A stretch of DNA of 64,000 bases from Bugula neritina (lineage: Eukaryota > Animalia > Bryozoa), in the NCBI GenBank assembly GCA_964035545.1, contig OZ037767.1, positions 29,962,628 through 30,026,627 on the forward strand, read 5' to 3'. The notes under the pieces are model-generated. The model worked only from the letters and a program-made list of their open reading frames with translations, did not search any database and was not told where the DNA came from. The stretch's first letter is position 1. Every line of letters begins with the position of its first letter. Positions 25,401 through 56,651 of this stretch are shown piece after piece. Made by a program: the position numbers and the translations under genes.

Positions 25401-27818
25401 GTTGTTTATATAAAGATATTAAATTGAGTTAAAATAAAATGACTGCTAGTAATTTATACTTGCAGGCTTATAGTTTACATGTGTGTATTTCTATTTTGGT
25501 GGTAATATGGGAAATAGCGTCATGATTTCAAAATTTTGCAGTAGGCTTGTAAAAATTGAGAACTCATGTCAACGTGATTTTTGAGGTCGTTGCTCCTATG
25601 TTTCCTCACGGAAACAGTCAATAACCTTATAGTAGAACCAACCAGCATTAAGTTTATCACATAGAATGACGTGAAGCAAGCAAAAAACGAGTTATTTTTC
25701 AAGATTAAAACTTTAATTTAGATCAGCTAACAAATGCCGTATCGACTTATGTACTACCTACTGAGCATGAAAAAGTAAAAAATAACTAAACAGTAGGCAC
25801 TTGAGGGTTGTCAGATACTGAAATTACTTTCCTGTTCACAGAAATAAACTTCTTTCTGAAAATCTGCTGACTTTCGTGAAGATCTTGAAACTACATCATA
25901 TAATATACAGTTTCCATATTTCAACAGAGTTAACAGAATCTTTCATATAGCTGGCATTATATTCTTAGACCAACGAAGGCCAATAAAACAATTTTAGTCC
26001 ATATATTTGGATGTTGATGCTGTGATTGCAAAATATCTCTATAGTAGTCATAAATTTGTTGCAATCTCGAAATAATATGGCTACTCGTTTTAAATGCAAA
26101 AACCACAAAATCTCTTTCCGATGTACGTTCACTAGTAGAGAAGCTTTTTTTAAATAATCAAAACACAAGGTTCTAGGGGAAAAATGCCTTACAAGCTGTA
26201 AACACATGCACCATTTGTTTAACTCTCTCAAAACAGTTCTAGAGAGACTCCTTGTCTTGCTAACATTTGGCATGTTGTATAAAGTAAGCAAGAATCTCAT
26301 AGAATATTCTATAAAAAGAACTAACAAAATAAAATCATAATGAAACTACTTTTCACTATGCTTTTAGCAAAGACGTATTTAGTTTTGGAAGAAAACAAAA
26401 ATTTCTCAACTCTGCATGACTAACGGATCATTTTCCACAACAGGAAATGGAAATTTGTGTCATCTTTTTATCAATAACAAGTCAGCAGAATAGAATGATA
26501 TTCCAGATACAAACTATGATTAGTAAAACTTGAGTCCTAATTATGATTTCATTTCCAGCAAGTATATAGAAAAACCTGTGAGAGTTTTTCTGAAATTATA
26601 ATGAAATTTACATGCTTTGTTTTGCAGTAAATTAACTGCTGCACTCAAATATTACAAGTAAGCTAATATACAGCTTATGTTTAATAAGAAGGTGATGTGG
26701 AGCATCATTAGACTTGTATTATAAAACTACGAATTCTATGTATCATTATTTTTTTTGTATTTGTGAAAAGAAGACTCAATTAGTTCATGTGAACCCTAAT
26801 TCTACTTACACCACACAGATGTCACAGCCAATAGATCTTGATCAGCCATGTGCAACCAGACAGTATATCCCAATTATATTTGTTTAACAATATTAATATT
26901 AGACTAATCTCCATTGCTGGAATATTTAATAACTGGTGGACATAAATATATTTGTTAGTTGAATTATCAACTAGGTATTTGCCATATTCTAGTAACCCCA
27001 GACCTGACAAAAAAGGTAGTCAAATGTTATGCAAGTGGAACCAGTTTTCAAAGCTTGTAATGTAACAGCAAATGTGTTGCCAAGTGCAGTCAGTCTTATA
27101 AAACTGGAGTTGTGCGCTCACTTTATGTCATATCCCATGCATTCACTAGAAGCTGTATGGTTTTTATTGAGCTGCCTTTTAGGCAATTCCAACTTGTGAA
27201 GTTCGTATTTATAGAACTTTCGCTAATTTAGTAAATTGCAGTGAACTCTTTTACAAATTATTTATAATGACAGTTTAACTATTCAGTCTTTTGCTTTTAG
27301 CTGCTACACTTGTTTGCTATGTTAAGAATTTGACTAGAGGTTAAGCTTGCAAGCTCATGTCCGATCCAACTAACATACTAATAAGCAGACAACTCTAAAT
27401 GCAATCTAAGAATTGCAGTCAGACTAAAGCAGACGTACTGCTCTAAGTGTTGCCACATAAACACATTAACTCAGTGATGGATTGGCATGAATTAGCAGGT
27501 GATTAACACGAATTAGCAGAGATTAGTATGAATGAAAACATGATAGGAATGAACATTATCATTACAGTTTTATTATATTTATAGCAATAGAGTTCATAAG
27601 CTTGTAGGAGGAAACATCTTATCAGACCTTTAATATGTAAAATATATTATATATCATGAACACAACAGATCTACATTATTCGTGATATATATTCATTGAT
27701 AATAAAAGCAAAAAGATAAGCACAAATACCAGACTTTATTGCAAAGAAAATATTGCACTTGTACAGGATGTTAGAAGTTAAACTGAAAAAATACAATATT
27801 TACAAACTAGTTATTAGG

Positions 27819-46513
<18,695 letters not shown>

Positions 46514-48870
46514 GGTGTGTGTTAAAAAGCTTTCGGTGGGCCTCGTCACGTTGAGTAGACTCAATTTCCTACAAAACTGCCTTTACCTTTGCCTGTCAAA
46601 AGTAACATAAATGACATTATGAATATAGAGTGTATATTATGCAGACAGTTTTTAATGCTACTACTTAGTATCCAAAGGATCTGAACAACTTTAACTTTTA
46701 AACTGATTATAACTGCCAGCTTGAAGCTTCCAGCCCTACACTTACAATTTTACCCTAGTTAACTTAGAACAGTATAGCAATGGATGTTGAGTAAACCAAA
46801 TTTTACTCTAGAAAGTGTTTTATTAACAAACTAATAGTAAATAGGGCAGATCCATACAACATAACATGAAACATACAATCCCTGCCTTATAATAATAAAA
46901 AGATTAATGATATGATCTATTAGTATCACTATTAATATTCATATTATTATTATCATTATGCGATCAACTTATGATAGTGATAATATTCATATTGACAACA
47001 GTTGTTATACTTTTATATTATAATTATCAAAACGATGTTATATTATTATTTATAATTATGCACATGAGTGACATTTGAGGTACACTTAAAGTTTTATATT
47101 TTAATTTATATCGTAATGATAATTACTATTAGTATTAGTAATGGTATTACCTAGTAATAGTATTACTATCAACAGTTTCACTTAGTAGACTTAGTTCATT
47201 AATTACTCATTCGTAGTTCAAGTTGGTACATAGCTGATGCTCATACTCATAGTGATACTGATAGTCATACTGATACTGTCACTGTCATACTGATACTGAT
47301 GAGTGTCGGCCATACTCATACTGATATTGATAAACTAATCACCGTAGTGCTACTCATACTCATACTGGCTATAAGTATAATCATAGGCCTAGGGTATACA
47401 ATCATCATGATTATCATAATAATAATCATACTCATAGTGATAGTATAACTGTAAAAACTAACTCCTAGACTAACTCTAAGTCTAAGTAATACTAATAGTA
47501 ATACAGTATTACTAATACTAATAGTATTAGAGTAATACTAATAGTAATAGTAATACTAATACTAATAGTAATACTAATACTTATACTAATAGTAATAGTA
47601 ATTTTCAGTAAATAATATTTATTTATTAATTGTAAATTTACTGCTTAAAAATTTGAGTTTTATTTACTAAATAAATTGCTACATGAAGTTATAATTATAG
47701 TTATAATATATCAACATGTATATTTAGCGTTTTGGTTGTAAAACTGAAGGCGCTGTAAATTTTAAGTGCAGCTTGCAAAGCTGTAAAATAAGCCATTTCA
47801 ATGTGAGAAGCACGCCCTTGACAGTCATTATTATGGCAGTGACCTAGCTAGAATTATAGCTGGCTGGGTTTCATAACTTGAGATCCTGTGCTAAAGTAAC
47901 GCAATATGTAGCAAGAGAAAATAACTCTATGCATTAAAACAAACGTTATAATGATAATTATATCGAGTTTTAAAAATGTAGCCCATAATTCTACATATTA
48001 CTTCACTAGAGTTATTGTTGTGCAAGCTTGGATCAACAGCTATCACGGGTATGTAGGGCTGAAATTCACACCATACCAATATTATGAATTAGAATATTAT
48101 ATTTATTATTTATGCTAATATAATAATTTAAATTATTATGTTATGATTATTTACAATCTAAATATCCGTATTACTACCAGTGTGTGTTACTCATTTTCAT
48201 GTTACTACATTTACAATATCAAATTCAATATGAATAATAAAATTAAATATAATAAATAAGAATAAATTATTAATTAATAATAAATTACTGTGTTGACTTA
48301 GTGTAAGTGTTACATTTAGTTTTACTTTTACTGCTTGAGTCAATGTGATTTAAGGTAAAGTAATCAAATTAATTAAATATTAAGTAATTAAGTGTATTAA
48401 ACTTAAAGGAATTAAATATAAATCATTAAATGAATGTAAAATTAATTTTTAAGAACATGTATATGATAACATTAACAGTATGAGTATATGATTATGTCTC
48501 ATTATAGTTTTGTTTATTTATAAAATGTTAGATTATTTCAGGCACTCAATTTTGAATAATGTTTTTCCCATTTGAGCTCTAAAATGGATAGTACGGTTCA
48601 AGCTGAAATATTTAATACATTCAGTCTGAATAAAACTTGTGAAGCACAAAACCGTGTACTGTTTTGCCTGCATGATATTGGTAATCAAAATGATAATTAA
48701 GGGTGAATCACCTGATACTTCAAAATAAATGAGTTAATGAACTCATTAATATTTCTGAGTCACTCTTGTTTTCAGTCACGTTTAGCCGAGCATTTTTATT
48801 ATATTTTACAGCATTTTCTTTAAAATAGTCACTCCTTAGTTGATGGCATCTTGATGGAAACTGGCAGGAA
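46514..48870. promoter_or_regulatory. Divergent (head-to-head) upstream region of URB1 and the GLIS-like gene; very AT-rich and low-complexity
   Basis: Start codons point away from each other at 46513 (-) and 48871 (+). Degenerate (atactg/atagtg/taatac/taatag)n runs at about 47140-47620. Confidence 0.55.
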
Positions 48871-51800
48871 ATGGAATTGTCAACTGCAAGTGTAGCACAT
48901 GATCTGGTCACTCATGTAGATAATAACAGTTCGGGGGCTTTCATGTTGTCCCCTTCTATTGACTATGAGGATGAAAATGGTTTGTCACATGCTATCAACA
49001 AATCCAGTGTAATATAATAACTCTATTTTTTTTGTCCTTTTGTTAAATAGCCATTTTATGTTGAACTTTCAGTGAATTATATTGATTATTACACAATATA
49101 ATGTAGTCACTACTCGTGTTGTAGATAGTGGTGTTGTTACTTTACCGAACATTGAAGAAGGCTCTCCATATCTCATTGACATCGAGACTGACTGTCTACT
49201 CACTGAGACTATGGCTCTCAGCAAACAAGTTAGTTCTCCTCTAATCTTACCTACAAAAGGTTTATAAATATTCAGTTATTGTGTATGCTATTATATCAAT
49301 AACTAATATGTGTTTTATTTTCTTCAGTAATTTTTAGCAAACTAACGTTATGGAATCATTACGGTACAAAACATACATTTATTGTAAAATTTCACATAAA
49401 TTCAACTCAAGTTATTGTCTAAATATGAAATATTCACAGACAACTGTAATTTCACTGTAAATGATGCAACTTTTTAAATAGTTTATGTTAATATCATACA
49501 ACTTGTGTCAGGTGAATGAATCGCTGTCGAGCTCAGCCATCTCACTGCACAGCTACTCACAGGTGCTGCCGAGTGTTGCCAGTGAATGTCTACACAACTA
49601 TAGTCAGCCTATTGATCTGCCGCTAGTCGGAGCAAAAACTGAGGTAAGTCGAGACATCATAGTATAACATTACTCCGTGTGTATTTAGACATCATTGTAT
49701 AACATTACTCCGTGTGTATTTAGACATCATTGTGCAGCATTACTCCGGGTGTCTTTAGACATCATTGTGCTCCTAGTTGATCCCTATAGTTGGTGCTCTT
49801 AGTTGATCCCTGTAGTGAATACTGATATTAATGTATATATCACTCAGTTTCATTCATTATAACAACTAAAACATGTAGCTTTTATTCATAGTTCTGGTTA
49901 GTTATTACTTATCCTTTATAATTGTCTATTGAGTGAGAGATGCTGGTTGGTTTAGGTGTTACATAACTACAGCCAACCCTGGCCCCAGAACACCGACTCC
50001 TTCACGTCTGTACACAACTACTGCATCAACAATGACGTCACTGACCAGCTGAAGGACCTCCAGCCTCACAATGAAGTTAAAATATACAAGGCAAGTATAT
50101 ACTTAGTGTCTAACTGCTACATGCTGAAGTGTGTGTTTTCTTGTTGCTAAATATAGATTAATATTGCTAAATATAGATTAATATTGCTAAATATAGATTA
50201 CTGCTGCCAAATATAGATTGCTACTGCTAAATATAGATTATTGCTGCTAAATATAGATTATTATTGTTGAATATAAATTTCAAATAAAATTATCAGAGGC
50301 ACAATAAAATGTTAGATTAATTAAAAACGAAACTTCCAACTCGGTTCCCTGAATTATCCTCTCTCAGAAAGAGAATCGTGAAATTGAATGGTCTTTTTGA
50401 ACAAAGTTTTATTTAATTAAAATGTACAGGTGGATAGCTGCTAATTGATGCTAGGGGGTTAGGGGGTAGGCTTTTCTAATAATCCTTATACTATTGCAAA
50501 ATATTTTGTAATATTATTATGTAGCCCAGTCTATATAGACGAAAAGGCTGTATATTTACTTGTATATTTCTTCACCTAGTATATAATACTGCACAACTTC
50601 CGCTATCCTATATCTTAGACATGTCTGTGTATTTTATAGCTTAGTAAAGCAGACAACTCCAGTGAAAGCAATGAGCAGCCGGTAATCAATCTGAAGCTGC
50701 AGTTAGTCGATTCCTATGTGTGTCAGTGGAAAGACTGTGGGGCGGGTTTCAGCACCACCCAGGCTCTGGTGGAACACGTTGGAGACCACATCAGAGCACA
50801 GCATTGTGGTATATACCAGTGTCTCTGGAAAAACTGCTCACGGAATGAGGTTCACTTTGAGCGTAGGCAAGTGGCTTTCTGTACTTTGTGCATATTGTAA
50901 TAGTGTGAATATACTATACGCAGTTATACTCTCTACTGTGTAAAAACGTATACTTATTTTGCCTAAACAGTTCATTTAAGATTGAATTTACATAATGGAC
51001 AATTTTATTAGTTGATAAAGTTTTTAAGTTAGGTTCAACACCAGCCTAGACTGTAGTAGTACATGTAGATACTGTAGTAGTACATGTGGTTACTGTAGTA
51101 GTGTATGTAGATACTGTAGTAGTACATGTGGTTACTAATGTACTTGTAGATATAAGTTAGTACAACACATGCGGATACACACAGCAGAACGTCCTCACAA
51201 GTGTAGTCTCTGCGACGTTGAGTTTTCATCTGCAGAAGGTTTAACTAAACACCAAAGAGTCCACACTGGTGAGTAGTACTTGGGAGTGAGTAGTGTTAGT
51301 ACTTGGTAGTGAGTACTATTAGTATTCAGTGATAAATCTTAGTAGTTAGTAGTCTGGTACTTGGTAGTGATTACTGTGAGCTTTTCAGTGAGTTGCGGGA
51401 ATAAGGCTAGTAACTAGTTGAATGCTTTTTAACCATAGGTTGTTCGTTTGCAAGAAGACTCTGTAGTAAATATTATTGGATAGAAAATGTGCATTTTACT
51501 GCAATTGATTTTGGCTGAGGCATTCAAACTTTATTTTTCTTCCCATAAAGCAGTGAATAAAAACACAACTCTGCTGTTAGCTGTGGAGTCACCTACTCTA
51601 CTATGTTGCAGGGGAGAAGCCCTACCCCTGCACCCACCCAGGGTGTACTAAAGCGTTCAAGAACTCAGGGGATCGGTCAAGACACCTGAAGTACCACAGG
51701 GTGAAGTATGCTTACCCCTGCAAGGTCATCGGTTGTGACAAGCTCTACACTGACCCTGGCTCTCTGAGGAAACACGTCAAGTCAAAGCACGCTGCCGGTA

Positions 51801-52970
51801 GGTGTCTTGACAGCAGTCTCTCTCCCTCTCTCTCTTGAATCGGTAACTGTTATGTGTTAATGTGGAGAGTCACATACAGAGAAGAGCTACTGAAACCTGT
51901 ATGCAAATACAAAGGAAAATTGTTAAGGAAGTTTCAGCATTCATTTTATTTACTTGAATACAAGTGTTAAGATGGTTAATAAAAATGCTCTATAATCTTT
52001 AGATTAAATTGCTATATTTAGATTAAAATATTTTCACTTTGGCCGCCACTGATTTTGAACCTAGTTTAATAAGCTACATTAGTGGCAGTCGCTTACTGCA
52101 AATTCAAATTGCTATTTCCTGATATTCTTTCAAATGAATCATGATTCTGTGGGTATAACTAAGGGTTGTGTTCTCTTGCTGGTTTGTAGTCTTGCTGTAT
52201 ATCTTCTGTCAGGTAGTCTACAATCTCAGACGGGTCCTACAGTAGAGAAAAGGATACAAGCAGCCACCCTACTCTCAGCTAACGGTCTAGAAACTAAGCT
52301 AGACGTGAACGAGCTGGAGTTTAGTGATGTCAACGGAACATTGTATTGTAAGCGTTTGTATGCTGAATGTGATGAAATAGGAAACACAATTCTTATAATA
52401 TTTTCTTTACTTAAACAAGGCTTAACTGGGAATGTTGTGAAACTAGTAAACAGATGCTGTACTCAATGTGTAATGTAGCAAAAGCTGGTTAAGTTCTCAA
52501 TGTTTTAAAGTTTGTTTTAATTTTTTAATAGTATCTGAAAGTTTTTAATTTTTAGTTTATTCTTATAATTTATCTATTTATTGTAGAATGATACCATTAT
52601 TATTTTTATTGTTTGTATTATCATTCCTTTTATCATAAATGAAAAGCTAATTTTATTAGAAAGTCTCATTAAAGCTACATGTCCAAACCATCATTGTTAT
52701 TTTGCCATTCACAAACCTCAAAAGGTTTAGCTTAAGTTTGTTAGAGCGTGTGATGAGTTGAGAGTCTTTATTTAATACTCCCTACTTTCACTGTATTTTG
52801 TAGGTGAAGATAGCATGTTAATGGCATCAGCTGGAATTGCCTCCCCAAACAAAGTAAAGTCCATGTTGACTTCACCAAATGATGGCTTAGTTTTGCCCAT
52901 TATTGATATAGGCAACACTGAGCCCACATCCCACAACTGGATCACTTTCAACCCTCTTGATAATACTTGA
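48871..52970 (+). CDS. GLI/GLIS-family 5x C2H2 zinc-finger transcription factor (divergent, GLIS2-like finger spacing); exons 48871-48979, 49125-49228, 49512-49643, 49956-50090, 50640-50866, 51150-51268, 51612-51797, 52213-52347, 52804-52970
   Basis: CQWKDC...LVEHVGDHI; CLWKNCSR...[25 protein letters not shown]...[31 protein letters not shown]...[24 protein letters not shown]. Tandem CWCH2 fingers and the YTDPxSLRKH signature of GLI/GLIS are present. All phases are consistent if two donors are GC. Confidence 0.9.
49652..49770. repeat. 35-bp tandem repeat, about 3.4 copies, starting 8 nt after the donor at 49644
   Basis: agacatcat recurs at 49652, 49687, 49722 and 49757. Confidence 0.9.
50143..50275. 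repeat. Tandem repeat of about 20 bp (tgctaaatatagatta...), about 6 copies
   Basis: Read directly. Confidence 0.85.
51050..51152 (+). repeat. 21-bp tandem repeat running into the acceptor of the zinc-finger exon at 51150
   Basis: ctgtagtagtacatgtAG/ata units; tgtag/ata at 51068, 51110 and 51149 (the functional one). Confidence 0.85.
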
Positions 52971-53802
52971 CACGCCCCTCACTGCGTCTTTTCATCTGAG
53001 AATTAGTCTATTTATTACTGTGCAGTGTTGGAACCTAATTTATTGTATCACATCAGCTGTTAGAATTGTTTTATCTAGTGAAATCACTTTTGATGTTGAA
53101 TTGTATTAAGTATCTTGTAGTCATTCTAAAACCTAGAATACAACCTCCTTGCTCAATTGTGTTACTCTCTTGAATACTTGAGTTTGTAGTGAAGTTTTAG
53201 AAATGTGAAGATGACAACATAGTTTATTTTTAAAGTTGATACAATTATTTGTAGAAACACTGCTAATTCTGTCAATAAACACAAAACTTTATCATGTTGA
53301 GGTTTGTTTAGCTGGTAAGTTGTATCAAAGTATTGACATTGTGTTGTGGACCTGAAAACTGGCAGCAAAGTTTATAAAATACAAAACCTGTATATTAGTT
53401 ACACAGAAATACTGTTCTATTTAAAGCATGTATATAGGTATATATAATAGTATCAATAGCAAAGTAACTAAATGCAGGCTTTCATTGTTATTGGAAAAAA
53501 TTGCACGTACTTTTTGAAATAAAGCAATGAAGAATTTTTAGCATTGCAGAAATTATTTTAATAAAATTCCAAACTTGCAAATATTAATAATTGCAATTTA
53601 AGAAAAATTGGGCAAGGTATGATAAGTTAAAAATATTGTTTATAAGGTATGCACATTAAAGATTGTAGGAGTTGAGTTTCCTTTCTTCTTAAGCATTACA
53701 ACCAAGTAACATAATCGGTATTGTTTATTACATAATTGCACGCATAAGCTAGTTTTGCCAATAGCGCACAACTTCCAATATACTGGATTATTAACCAATC
53801 AG

Positions 53803-55729
53803 ATGTCTTCCAGCTTCATAGCAAGAGATATATTGTCAAGGTCATCTTTTCCTGATGGAGGCAGCATCCATCATGGTGGAAGAAGGTATCTCACCAGAGT
53901 TGTCCACTCTTCATGAAATAATTATATCAATCAAAACTGAAACATGCTTCATCAGCTGTTATAAGAAGTAATATGTGAAGCATCTGTTTAAGATTAGAAA
54001 AACCATTGTACTCTAAAATCCAAGTAGCTTGTACATTTACCTAAATCTTAGTAAATCCTAGTTTCAGCTGTAGTGTGCGTGCGTGCGTGCGTGCGTGCGT
54101 GCTTGCGTGCGTGCGTGCGTGCGTGCGTGAGTGCGTGCGTGTGTGTGTATTTACAAGTTATATATATTTTAATTTTATTTGAAGGCTAAGCAAAAATGAA
54201 GACGCAGAAAGCAAATTCAGCGTCACTTCAAAGACCAACGAAGTTCCACCAATATGGAAGAAAAAGATGAGCACCTGGTTTCAACGCTGGGACGCTGACA
54301 ATGACGGAAAATTAACTAGAGCTGACTTTGAAATATTTTCCGAGAGAATGGAAGAGGTACAAGCTATGACACAGACAAGTGCTATTTTCTACTGACTGTT
54401 TTCTATTGATTTAAACAGGAAAATAGTGAATTAAAGTAAAGCTAGTGCAGTTGTACGAGTATATTGTATCTAACATAAGAAAAGCTAATTTTATTATTTC
54501 TTCAGAAATCAAACTCTTATAAAAACATTTTCTAAATTAACCAAATTTTTGCATGACTGTATAAATTTTTCTTTTCAACAGTTTTGCAATCAAGACAACA
54601 TGAGATCTCGAGCAAGCGGAATATTCATATACATGTGGGAGAATTTTGTCTCTCCGGATGAGCCTTCTCATATTGGAGTTGTCAGTCATGATGATTTTAT
54701 ACAGCATCATTATCACTCAAGGTAGTGCAACTCCTGTTGTACTATTGTGTTTCATCTGTTCATAGTTTTCATATTAAGTTTTATTTTTGATCTTTAAAAT
54801 TTTTTAAATAGTCAAGTTTTTAATAAATTTTGTTAATAACCGATACTTTGACCAGTGCAATGTTGAAAAGGATTGACAAGGTTGAAATTTTTGGAATTCA
54901 CAATCAGATGGCCGTGATGCTCCTTTATTGCTCTTGACCTATTTATTCCTGACCCATTTATTCCTGACCTGTTTATTTAGGACCTATTTGTTTTTGACCA
55001 TGCATGAAATAAAAAATTTCTGTTGAACATTTAGGTTAAATTGGGACAAGGATCCTACAGTTTCCGCCACTTTGATAGCAACTTTTGGTCTTCTGTTTGA
55101 TGCCATTGACACTTCTGGAGATGGGTGGATTTCCTTGGACGAGTATAGTGTCTTCTATAGTATTATCGGTACATGTGCTGTTTATACTTCCCCCAGAGAA
55201 TTAAAGATGATATAAATGAGAATCTACTGGCATATTTATGTATGGAGTGCCAAATGGTATATTGGAAGGGTATGAGAGCAAACTGTAGATGTATGAAAGC
55301 TTGTTGTGAGCATATAAAGAAGAAAAATGATTAAATAAATACTTCGTTGTGATCATAAGAGATAAAAAAGAGCAAATTTTGACCATTCAGCACCCCATAG
55401 TATGTTATAGCTTATACATATTATACACATATCTATACCTATAGACGTACTTGAACTCGTACCTCTAATATAGGTTTAAGCATAGCTATATATGCTTATA
55501 CTTATACCAATACATATATCTATATACCCCTGCTGACTCTGTCTATATGTTAGGAATTGACGCGGCGTTGGCTGCAGAAGCCTTCCGGAGGATGGACAGG
55601 AAGTCTACTGGTCTCATTAACAGAGACGAGTTTCTCAGCACCGTCATGGCTTACTACTGCGACTTTGAGCCAAATGAGTCAGAGTTGACTCATTCTCTTT
55701 TTCTTGGTGAGAAACCCTCATGGCTTTGA
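53803..55729 (+). CDS. Sarcoplasmic calcium-binding protein (SCP/calexcitin-type EF-hand protein); exons 53803-53885, 54185-54356, 54582-54721, 55035-55168, 55554-55729
   Basis: WKKKMSTWFQRWDADNDGKLTRADFE...MWENFV...LLFDAIDTSGDGWISLDEYSVFYSIIGIDAALAAEAFRRMDRKSTGLINRDEF...LFLG matches the invertebrate SCP layout (EF1, degenerate EF2, EF3, EF4). Phases are consistent. Confidence 0.92.
54074..54148. repeat. (TGCG)n/(TG)n microsatellite
   Basis: Read directly. Confidence 0.95.
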
Positions 55730-55856
55730 TAGATTCTTCAATAATGGCGAGAATTCGATTTTTTAATTACAAAATTTAAGAAATCCTAAACTAATTAGAA
55801 AATTAAAGTTTATATTTAGGAATAGGGTTTACTAGAATTTGGTCTAAAAACTACAA

Positions 55857-55970
55857 ACACACACACGCACACACACGCACACACACGCACACACACGCAC
55901 ACACACGCACACACACGCACACACACGCACACACACGCACACACACGCACACTTGAGTGCACACACACAT
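55857..55970. repeat. (CACACACACG)n repeat downstream of the SCP stop
   Basis: Read directly. Confidence 0.95.
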
Positions 55971-56651
55971 CTATCTATACATGCCCTTCATGACATCATC
56001 AGTGATATTTTCATAATAGCTGTGCAATTTTGTAGCTTCTGAACCATATAGCTCAATAGCTTTTGAACCATGTTGTGAGTACGTATTCTGTTGGAGCAAA
56101 TTCTACCTACAGGTCTCAGGTTGTTGATATATTTTGCTTACAGTACAACATGTAAATTACAGGGCCCCTGGTCGACTCCCCTGATGCAGTGGTGGATTTA
56201 ACTAAACACTGGGCACACTCTTCATTGACTAACAACTACCAGAGCTATCTGCGTCATATATGACATTGATGTGATAACAGTTGTCATACATGTTTTGTAG
56301 TTGAACAAGAGTCCAACTCAATACGTTTGTTTTATTTTATTATTTAATAAAACATAAAATAATTCATAAGAATGATGCTTATAACATTTAAAGTTTTTTA
56401 TTCTTAAAAAAATACAAATGCACAAAAAATATTTTGTTTATTTTTCAAGAGTTGGTCTTCTCCTGCAATCATATAATTTCTTGACTTTCATGATATAAAC
56501 TATAGCTTATTTACGAGTAGAGGTGGATGAAGTAAGGGAGTAATTGAGGAAAAAAGCCTGTGATTTAGGTTGATGAACAAAGCAATTGCTATAAAACACA
56601 TAACAAGGGGTATTAGTACAAGATCAGCCATCAATATGATCCATGGAGCTT

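Noticed and set aside
53803-55729. Aequorin/obelin-type photoprotein
   Set aside because: Same fold family, but the coelenterazine-binding His/Trp/Tyr pattern is not evident (e.g. WKKKMSTWF rather than W..RHK.MF). SCP fits better.
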